DNA of 64,000 nucleotides from Thermofilaceae archaeon (GTDB lineage Archaea; Thermoproteota; Thermoprotei; Thermofilales; Thermofilaceae): NCBI GenBank assembly GCA_038861545.1, contig JAWCCZ010000004.1, positions 1 to 64,000 of the forward strand, read 5' to 3'. Shown piece by piece: positions 56,667 to 64,000 of this stretch (position 1 is its first letter; each line of letters starts with the position of its first letter). The notes under the pieces were generated by a model. It saw only the letters and a program-made list of their open reading frames with translations, ran no database searches and was not told where the DNA came from. The position numbers and the translations under genes were made by a program.

Positions 56667-58892
56667 ATGAGGGGGAAGTTTATCGTAACCCTTGTGGTGC
56701 TTATTACTGTAGTAGCAGGTTTCATATACATCTACTTGCCAAGAACTTCTGAGGTAGCGAGGATGAAACCATTTATCAAGGTTACTGGTATAAGCAAGGA
56801 AAGAGTAGAGGTTTTCTCCCCGGTAGAGTTAGACTTTAACGTCACAGCCGATTACGAAAATCCTTTTGACCCAAACGAGGTTAACATTTCAGTTTTTTTG
56901 AATTTACCTAACGGCGAGGTTGTCGAAATCCCAGCCTTTTACTACCAAGAGTACCATAGATCCCTATCCAGTTACGGTGAGAGACTTGACCCTGTGGGCA
57001 GACCTTGCTGGAAAGCACGGTTCACTCCCACAGTGCCCGGGTATTATACACTTTACGCTCAAGTTCGGGATAAATGGGGGAACACTGCGAGAAGCGAAAC
57101 CTACCGCTTTGAAGCAGTTCCATCGCAACTACCAGGTTTCGTGAGAATTAGCTCCGAGAACCCTTTAACCCTAGAGTTCGATAACGGCTCTTCGGTGTTT
57201 TTCGTAGGTTTAAATGTATGCTGGAGTGGGAGTAAGGGGACTTATGATTACGATGAATGGTTTTCAGCTTTAGCTAAATCTGGAGTAAATATTGTCAGGA
57301 TCTGGATGGCTCCTTGGCGTTTTGGTATTGAATGGAGGGAATTGGGTAGATATGATTTGGCTGAAGCTTGGAGATTAGATTACGTTGTTAAGCTAGCGGA
57401 ACGTTACAATATATATATTATATTTTGTCTGATAAATCATGGACAATTTTCCACTACTACGAATCCTCAGTGGGACGATAACCCCTATAATGTAAGGCGG
57501 AAAGGGCCTCTATCTAAACCGGAGGAATTTTGGATAAATGAGGAAGCTATTGAGCTTTTTAAGAAAAGGTTAAGGTATATAATAGCCAGATGGGGGTACT
57601 CGCCGAATATCCTTGCCTGGGAACTCTGGAACGAGGTAGATCTTACCGATAATTACATGAACATGAGAGAAAGGGTAGCACAATGGCATAAAGAGATAGC
57701 AAAACACTTGAAAAGCATAGATCCCTACAAGCGCATAGTGACGACGAGCTTTGCCAACCCGAATCTTGATCCCCTTATCTGGCGGCTTGAAGAAATAGAC
57801 TTAGTTACAATACATAAATACGGTCCTGAGGGTTTCCGCAACATAGCGGATAATTCCTATGAGCTGATACGCAAAGCTAGAGAGGAATACGGTAAACCGG
57901 TAATACTGGCAGAATTCGGTGTAGACTGGAGGTGGGAAGGGGAACCTTACTACTATAAGGATAGAGAGGGCGTTGGGCTTCATGACGGCTTATGGGCTAC
58001 TCTCATGGCAGGTTCACCAAGCACTGGGATGTCATGGTGGTGGGACAATTACATCCACCCTTATGGTTTGCATCACCACTTTAAGGCTATATCAGAGTTC
58101 ATCAAAAATATCGATCCAAGGAAGTTCAGGTACCTAGAATCGGAACCTATTGCGAAGGAGGGGGGAGAATTATGCGACGTTGTATTATACCCCTCTCTCG
58201 GCTGGGCGAGGCCTCAGTCCAACTACTTCGTAGTGCAATTAAACGGAAGAGTTGAGGGGGATTTAACTCAGCTAAGCTCATTTATTCATGGTATGTGGCA
58301 CTCGGAGCTTAGAAACAACCCTCGTTTTAAAGTTACCTTCCCCGAGGGGGGACGAGTAGTGGTTCGAATTAATTCCGTACCAACCGGTGGGGCTATAGCT
58401 GCAGTTTATGTTGATGGAAAGCTTGCAAAAAGATTAGATTTACCGGATAAGGATGGGAAAAACGACGCATCTGCAAATGAGTATGGAACTGAGTTGAAGG
58501 TTGATGTTCCGCCCGGAATCCATGAAATCTTTCTAGACAACCTTGGAGCCGACTGGTTCAGCATTGATTACATTAATTTCGAGAAATCTGCATATAAGCA
58601 AGCTACTGCTCGCACTTACGGATTAACTAATGGGACCTTCGCTCTACTTTGGGTTAAAAACCCAGAGTATAACTGGTGGAAAATCGTAAATAACGAAGAG
58701 ATTGAGCCATTAAAAGACGTTACAGTGGTTCTTCATGGATTTGAAGACGGTGATTATGTGGTGGAGTACTGGAACACTTACAACTGTACAATAGTAAATG
58801 TTGAAAAACTTTCAGTGTCAGGTGGCGAGCTTATAGTCCACATAGGCGATTTAATCAATGATATCGCCTTAAAGATCAAGAGGGCAAGCTAG
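56667..58892 (+). CDS. membrane-anchored GH5-like glycoside hydrolase with DUF5060-like N-terminal domain
   Basis: N-terminal TM; YENPFDP...WKARFTP; ARWGYSPNILAWELWNE; ILAEFG; WWWD. Confidence 0.82.
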   Translation: MRGKFIVTLVVLITVVAGFIYIYLPRTSEVARMKPFIKVTGISKERVEVFSPVELDFNVTADYENPFDPNEVNISVFLNLPNGEVVEIPAFYYQEYHRSLSSYGERLDPVGRPCWKARFTPTVPGYYTLYAQVRDKWGNTARSETYRFEAVPSQLPGFVRISSENPLTLEFDNGSSVFFVGLNVCWSGSKGTYDYDEWFSALAKSGVNIVRIWMAPWRFGIEWRELGRYDLAEAWRLDYVVKLAERYNIYIIFCLINHGQFSTTTNPQWDDNPYNVRRKGPLSKPEEFWINEEAIELFKKRLRYIIARWGYSPNILAWELWNEVDLTDNYMNMRERVAQWHKEIAKHLKSIDPYKRIVTTSFANPNLDPLIWRLEEIDLVTIHKYGPEGFRNIADNSYELIRKAREEYGKPVILAEFGVDWRWEGEPYYYKDREGVGLHDGLWATLMAGSPSTGMSWWWDNYIHPYGLHHHFKAISEFIKNIDPRKFRYLESEPIAKEGGELCDVVLYPSLGWARPQSNYFVVQLNGRVEGDLTQLSSFIHGMWHSELRNNPRFKVTFPEGGRVVVRINSVPTGGAIAAVYVDGKLAKRLDLPDKDGKNDASANEYGTELKVDVPPGIHEIFLDNLGADWFSIDYINFEKSAYKQATARTYGLTNGTFALLWVKNPEYNWWKIVNNEEIEPLKDVTVVLHGFEDGDYVVEYWNTYNCTIVNVEKLSVSGGELIVHIGDLINDIALKIKRAS

Positions 58893-59030
58893 ATATCTTC
58901 AGTGGTTTAAAGCTTAGTTGTAATACTTTACGTAATAAATGAACTAGTAAGCTGAGGGATTTTAGCGACATTCCTGAAAATCTATCCTGATAACCCATAA
59001 GCTCTTAATATATGAGTAGATACAATACCT

Positions 59031-62000
59031 ATGGTTTTGGATACTAAATCGCTCCTTGATACTCTAGGCTACAGTTACTATAGTTACGAGGAAGAAGGGG
59101 CAGAACCAGAAAGAGTTAATGTAACCTTTGCAGATCTTTTACCAGCTTTGTCTAAAACCAGGCTGGGTAGCGAACGGTTGTATATGCATCAGCTAGAGGC
59201 TTTGAGCTCCCTAGATCAAGGGTTCAATGTAGTAATGGTTGCGGGAACTGGTAGTGGTAAAACTGAGGCATGGTTCCTGCATACCTCAAGGAAAAATGCA
59301 AAGACTCTCGCGATATACCCTACCTTAGCTCTAGCTAACGATCAAATGCAAAGGTTGAACCTATACTGCTCGCTCCTAGGCGCTGAGATGGTTCAGATAG
59401 ATGCTCCCAGTCTTCAAACTTTAGGAATCGCAAGTAAAAGAGCACTAAGAGAAAGAATAGGTAGAGCCCTTATCGTAGTAAGCAATCCGGCTTTCCTTCT
59501 TCAGGACCTAAAGAGATATGCCTCATCTTCTTCCAGAAGCTTCATCGTACCTGAGATTCACAAATTCAGTTTGCTAGTGCTTGACGAACTGGACTTTTAC
59601 AGCCCAAGGGAACTAGCATTAATAATTGGAATGTTAAGGGTATTATCAGAGTTAGGGTGGAAACCACAGGTAGCCGTGCTAACAGCCACGTTAAGTAACC
59701 CAGAAGAGATGGGAGAAGTACTTAAGGAAGTTACTAACCACAAATATGCGGTAGTTCGGGGAACGCCTTTCAGGGTCCCTAATAAATTATATGTGGTGCT
59801 CGGTAAAAACCTAGATCATTTAAGGTCCCAAATACTCGAAAAAATAGGTGACGCAGAGCAACTCCAGGTAGGTCAGGACATAAAAAAAGCGCTTCAAGAT
59901 CCTGAGGAGTTTCGAAAAAACTCATTCAAAGTGGTGGTGGCTCTTAGATCGCTCGGTATAGAAGTCGCGGCTCCTCACACGGATCCCTTAGAGATACTCG
60001 CCGGCTATGTAAACGACGACGGAGTTACCTTGGCGTTCACAAAGAGCATAGGAGCTGCCGAAGAGGTGGCGCGAAGACTTAAAATAGCTGTGGGCCAAGC
60101 CGGAGCTGCCATTGCAACCCATCACCATCTTATATCGAAAGAGGAAAGGGTAAAAGTTGAGGAGGGTGCTCGCAAAGGTCTTACTAAGATTATTTTCACA
60201 CCCCGTACTTTAGTACAAGGTATAGATATTGGAACGGTTGTACGCGTTGTTCACATAGGTTTGCCGGATGACGTGAGAGAATTTTGGCAACGAGAGGGGA
60301 GAAAAGGAAGAAGGAAAGAGATACCCTTCTCTGAAACCGTGATTATACCCTATACTAGATGGGATCATGAACTCCTTGAAAGAGGATTTAATGCTCTAAG
60401 AGAATGGTTAAGCTTACCCCTTGAGAAAACTGTGGTTAACAGGGATAACAAGTATACGATGCTTTTCACTGGCCTATTCAAAATAATCATTAATCGAACC
60501 TTAGGATTAAGGGTAAGTGAAGAGGAATTAAGGTTACTGAGTCATCTGAATCTCGCTAAGGGCGGTGAACTCACAGCTAGGGGGAAACGTACATGGCAAC
60601 GGTTAAACTTTTACGAGTTTGGACCACCATATGGTGTTAAGCGTGTAAAAATTACAGAAAACGGTTACGAATACCTGCAGGAGGCATCCCACGTAGATGT
60701 AGTCGAAAAGCTGCAACCTGGCTGCTTTGATTACACATCGGATTTCCTAGTAACTAATTTAAAAGTATCAAAGGGGAGATGGGTTACTCTTATTGAAGAA
60801 GAGCGGCCAACTTTGCATACGATATACAAGCATGAGTTCCTCGCTATGGCTTACGAGGAGTATAGGAGAGTCAAAAACAGTTGGGGCGAGGAGGGGAATT
60901 TCTGGAGAGATTATTTAAGAGGCCTTTTACGTTCAGAAGTTATCTGCACTTTACATCCCCCTACAGAAGGCTTTGGGCTATACTTAGAGATACCATACAG
61001 GGTGATCTGGATAAGCGAGGGGGAAAGAGTTAGGTCTAAAGTCGTTGATAAGAAAACTCATGTGTACCGACCTAGGCGGGCTATCGACGTCCCGTCAACA
61101 ACTATGGGGAGGTACGAAGATTACAGTTACGGTCGACTCTACGAACTAGATCCCTCAATGAATTTAGAGCTGGCAAGGCTCAGTTTAGCCCTCACTAAAA
61201 CAGTCTTACGCAAGGTCTTCTCAATAGGCTTGAAAAGGATCAGCTATGACCTCTCAGCCGTAGGAGGCAGGAAAATTCTTGTGCTTTTCGAAGACGATGC
61301 TGCAGGCCTTATAGAAAGACTTGACTGGTTGCAAGTTAAAAAAGCAGTAGAACAATATGAGCCGAGTGAGCTCGACGAAGTGTTGATCGAATCTATGGAT
61401 GATATATCGTACGCGAAACTAGTTGAAGTGGGTTTTCGTTGGGATCTAGCTAAAGTTTATGCTTTAGCAATACTTGACACTATCCTAGCCTCGGAAAAAG
61501 TGCGAGTTAACGTCAGGGGTTTGGAAATCCATGTCCCACGCCCCTCCAAGGCCCTTAAGCTACTCGCTCTAGACACCCTAGCTTTGCCCCTTACCGAAAA
61601 CGGCGATGTAATTCTTCTCTACTTAACACTTTATGACGGGGAATCCGAACACAGTTTTAAATTACTTAAGGAGTTTTACCTCGTAGATCCAAGCTCAGCT
61701 AAAGCCATCCAAACGATAGCTGATTACATCAACAAAGGTTATAAAATCCTCGTGTATAGCTCGGATCGAGTCTTTAGAGAGTTAAGTGATGCGGGGCTCA
61801 CCGGGCTAAAGGCCATGCTGACAGGGCTGAATAACGAAAGTAAGCTTCTAGATGTAGTTAATACTGTAAAACAAATCTTCAACGTTAGCCTGGGCGCTGA
61901 TGAGCTTTCCTCTTACATCGGTTTTAAAACATCAGTAACACTCGACGATGTTAGAAGAGAATACGAGGAAAGCCTTAAAAAAATACGCAATCTGCCTTAC

Positions 62001-62132
62001 TCTAAATGGATTTTCTTTACACAGTACCTGTCCAAGAAAGCGGAAAAATACCTTGAAGAAAGAACTAAACATATTTATATGCTAAACCTTGCCTTAGAAC
62101 AGTTAAAGGATAAGTATTTTGAGCAGAGTTAA
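59031..62132 (+). CDS. SF2 DEAD/DEAH-box helicase, Hrq1/SftH(MrfA)-like, with C-terminal extension
   Basis: LYMHQLEA, GTGSGKTEA, IYPTLALANDQ, LDELD, TATLSNP, QGIDIG, WQREGRKGRR. Confidence 0.9.
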   Translation: MVLDTKSLLDTLGYSYYSYEEEGAEPERVNVTFADLLPALSKTRLGSERLYMHQLEALSSLDQGFNVVMVAGTGSGKTEAWFLHTSRKNAKTLAIYPTLALANDQMQRLNLYCSLLGAEMVQIDAPSLQTLGIASKRALRERIGRALIVVSNPAFLLQDLKRYASSSSRSFIVPEIHKFSLLVLDELDFYSPRELALIIGMLRVLSELGWKPQVAVLTATLSNPEEMGEVLKEVTNHKYAVVRGTPFRVPNKLYVVLGKNLDHLRSQILEKIGDAEQLQVGQDIKKALQDPEEFRKNSFKVVVALRSLGIEVAAPHTDPLEILAGYVNDDGVTLAFTKSIGAAEEVARRLKIAVGQAGAAIATHHHLISKEERVKVEEGARKGLTKIIFTPRTLVQGIDIGTVVRVVHIGLPDDVREFWQREGRKGRRKEIPFSETVIIPYTRWDHELLERGFNALREWLSLPLEKTVVNRDNKYTMLFTGLFKIIINRTLGLRVSEEELRLLSHLNLAKGGELTARGKRTWQRLNFYEFGPPYGVKRVKITENGYEYLQEASHVDVVEKLQPGCFDYTSDFLVTNLKVSKGRWVTLIEEERPTLHTIYKHEFLAMAYEEYRRVKNSWGEEGNFWRDYLRGLLRSEVICTLHPPTEGFGLYLEIPYRVIWISEGERVRSKVVDKKTHVYRPRRAIDVPSTTMGRYEDYSYGRLYELDPSMNLELARLSLALTKTVLRKVFSIGLKRISYDLSAVGGRKILVLFEDDAAGLIERLDWLQVKKAVEQYEPSELDEVLIESMDDISYAKLVEVGFRWDLAKVYALAILDTILASEKVRVNVRGLEIHVPRPSKALKLLALDTLALPLTENGDVILLYLTLYDGESEHSFKLLKEFYLVDPSSAKAIQTIADYINKGYKILVYSSDRVFRELSDAGLTGLKAMLTGLNNESKLLDVVNTVKQIFNVSLGADELSSYIGFKTSVTLDDVRREYEESLKKIRNLPYSKWIFFTQYLSKKAEKYLEERTKHIYMLNLALEQLKDKYFEQS

Positions 62133-62241
62133 AGCCAGCATTACTATTTATTAATAAAATGGTTAAAATAAAGTAGCGTAACTATCATGATAAAACTGTA
62201 AACACGTTATCTTTTTTAAATTAGGCTAGTTAAGTTCAGAG

Positions 62242-62796
62242 ATGAATGGAGCTGGACTAGATGATAAAAGAGGCTGGAGAGTTACAGAACTTAAACGAGA
62301 ACTCTCATCTAGACTAGTCAGCGCTGCTGTTTACCTTTTTGTGTCGACGGGATTCTATGTTTTAAGCCTGATCTTACCCGGGCTATTTGCTGGGATAAAA
62401 ATACCTGGTCTACCTTCACCGCTTTCGGACCTAGAGTGGTTACTTTGGGCTTCTCTCTTTGTCAGCTACCTATTATTCGCCACTACTGCCATTTATGAAG
62501 TATTTAAAGCCGTGGATCCTCTTTTCGAAGTACTTGCCAGACGAATTCACGGGGATGTGAAGCCGGTAAGAAGAATAGCCAGAGACCTTGCGCTTATTTT
62601 GCTTGTAGTTTTACTAGTAACCGCTATCAACCCGCTAACAACGCTTGCCGGATCAGCAGCTATAGCCCTTAGGGTAGTAGTGGGTTTAGCCACTTTCATA
62701 GTGCTGATAGTGCTTCTTTATGATATTTCCAGAACCATTTACCAGTATGTGAAAAATTACGTGGAAATACTTATCAATAAATTTTTCCCTACTTAG
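62242..62796 (+). CDS. 4-TM membrane protein
   Basis: Four hydrophobic segments. Confidence 0.75.
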   Translation: MNGAGLDDKRGWRVTELKRELSSRLVSAAVYLFVSTGFYVLSLILPGLFAGIKIPGLPSPLSDLEWLLWASLFVSYLLFATTAIYEVFKAVDPLFEVLARRIHGDVKPVRRIARDLALILLVVLLVTAINPLTTLAGSAAIALRVVVGLATFIVLIVLLYDISRTIYQYVKNYVEILINKFFPT

Positions 62797-62800
62797 TGAA

Positions 62801-64000
62801 ATGCTTGACCCGAGACCCTACCTACTCAGCTATGTTTTAACGATAACACTGTCGCTTAGCGGACTGTTCTCCCTATCGCTGTCGGCAATCATTGGAGCTG
62901 CTCTTACAGTTTTATTCGGCGTTAACGATAGGCTTTTCACTTTTGAGGAAGCTTTGACTTTCATCGACTTAGACTTAATAACATTGCTCATCGGTGTCAT
63001 GATAGTAGCTGAAGTTATTGATAGAAGTGGGCTTTTCAGACTACTAGCAATAAAATTAATTAAAAGAACTCAAAGTAAGCCTAAGCATTTATTGGTAATA
63101 GTACCGCTTTTTGCAGCTATAGTATCCTTACTTGTAAGCGATGAAGCTGCGTTATTGCTCTCGGCTGCGATTCTCATAAGTATTTCGAGAATCTTGGGAA
63201 TTGATCCCAAGCCTGTGGCGCTTTCGGCAGCTGTTATGGTTAACTTAGGAGGTACAGGGACGCTGATAGGTTCCATACCTAACATGGCTATAGGGCTTCG
63301 CGCAGGGCTTGATTTTATTGAATTTGCAACATATATACTCCCCTGCGAGTTCATGTTGTACGGAGTTACGTTAGCCTACCTGTTTGCCATATTCAAAGAT
63401 AAGGTGCCTTCGGAGATCGCCGTTCTCCCAGATATACGAGAGGAGGTTGATATAAGAGAAGTAGTCAAAGGTGCTTTCATTCTGGCTTTCATGCTGACAA
63501 CCCTTGTCTTCTCAAGCTTTTTAGGGTCCCCCGCTAGCGTTGCAGCGCTGGCTTCAGCCGTTCTCGCATTAGCTATCTGTGGCTACGATACAACTGAAGT
63601 TTTTCGAGAACTGGACTGGGATACCGTTTTCTTTACAGCTGCTTTTAACGTTATAGTTGAAGTCCTCAGTGAGGCCGAGGCACTTCAAGGGCTAAGTCAA
63701 TTGTTGCATACAATATCTGCAAGTGAGTGGATTGGATACTCAATGGTTACCTTGTTCATAAGCGCTATAGTAAGTATTGTAATACCTAACTTGGTCGTCG
63801 CACTAACGTTTATCCCGGTGGTTAACGGATTACAATTGCTTGATAAACGACCGGTGTGGTCGGCGCTTGTGCTAGGCGTAAACCTCCCGGGCATAACTTT
63901 ACCTACAAGCAGTTTTGTTATTGTCATGACTATTGGTGCTCTTAGGAAAGAGGGAATTCACATCGATCCATGGGAAGTCGCAAAGATTGGAATTCCTCTC
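62801..64000 (+). CDS. ArsB/NhaD/SLC13-type ion transporter, truncated by the window end
   Basis: Open frame from ATG 62801 (MLDPRPYLLSYVL...IDLDLITLLIGVMIV...SGLF...NLGGTGTLIGSIPN...LDWDTVFF) to the end of the window. Confidence 0.85.
   Translation, partial: MLDPRPYLLSYVLTITLSLSGLFSLSLSAIIGAALTVLFGVNDRLFTFEEALTFIDLDLITLLIGVMIVAEVIDRSGLFRLLAIKLIKRTQSKPKHLLVIVPLFAAIVSLLVSDEAALLLSAAILISISRILGIDPKPVALSAAVMVNLGGTGTLIGSIPNMAIGLRAGLDFIEFATYILPCEFMLYGVTLAYLFAIFKDKVPSEIAVLPDIREEVDIREVVKGAFILAFMLTTLVFSSFLGSPASVAALASAVLALAICGYDTTEVFRELDWDTVFFTAAFNVIVEVLSEAEALQGLSQLLHTISASEWIGYSMVTLFISAIVSIVIPNLVVALTFIPVVNGLQLLDKRPVWSALVLGVNLPGITLPTSSFVIVMTIGALRKEGIHIDPWEVAKIGIPL

Noticed and set aside
1197-63927. Many antisense or out-of-frame ORFs in the track (e.g. 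4651-5052, 9872-10297, 29560-30009, 55149-55538, 63070-63354)
   Set aside because: They lie wholly within well-supported genes and have Ser/Pro-rich shadow composition.

Overview
This is an archaeal chromosome segment. Ribosomal protein L35Ae, BRE/TATA promoters, C/D and H/ACA-type RNAs and the gene repertoire suggest a Thermoproteota host, probably Thermofilum-like (inference). 1-34 kb is housekeeping and sugar-catabolism DNA: GH36, a GH141-like beta-helix protein, a GH5-like enzyme with an inserted CBM, GH29 fucosidase, sugar isomerases, oxidoreductases, NikR, DeoC, MetB/ThrB, ABC/MFS/ZIP transporters and an M42 peptidase. The highlight is a ~22 kb block (34.3-56.45 kb) that reads AT-richer by eye, lying between a tandem C/D + H/ACA guide RNA and the 3' end of tRNA-Arg(CCT). 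It combines three modules. (i) A Ced/Ted-like T4SS-derived DNA-transfer module: VirB4/CedB ATPase, two CedA/VirB6-like proteins (one of 1288 aa) and a VirB2-like pilin. (ii) A Tad-like type IV pilus set: TadA/VirB11 ATPase, TadC-like platform, major pilin, six minor-pilin-like genes and two large adhesins. (iii) A partition-like module: wHTH (AspA-like), ParB with a C-terminal RHH, a separate ParA/MinD and a Walker-A-dead HerA/VirB4 paralog, preceded by a perfect 36-bp palindrome made of two 16-bp palindromes. No integrase, relaxase, Rep or att duplication is visible. To the right are a K-turn RNA upstream of the tRNA, a GH5-like/DUF5060 enzyme, an Hrq1/SftH-like helicase with a degenerate exonuclease-like tail, and a truncated ArsB/NhaD-type transporter. 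All family calls come from motif reading, not database searches.
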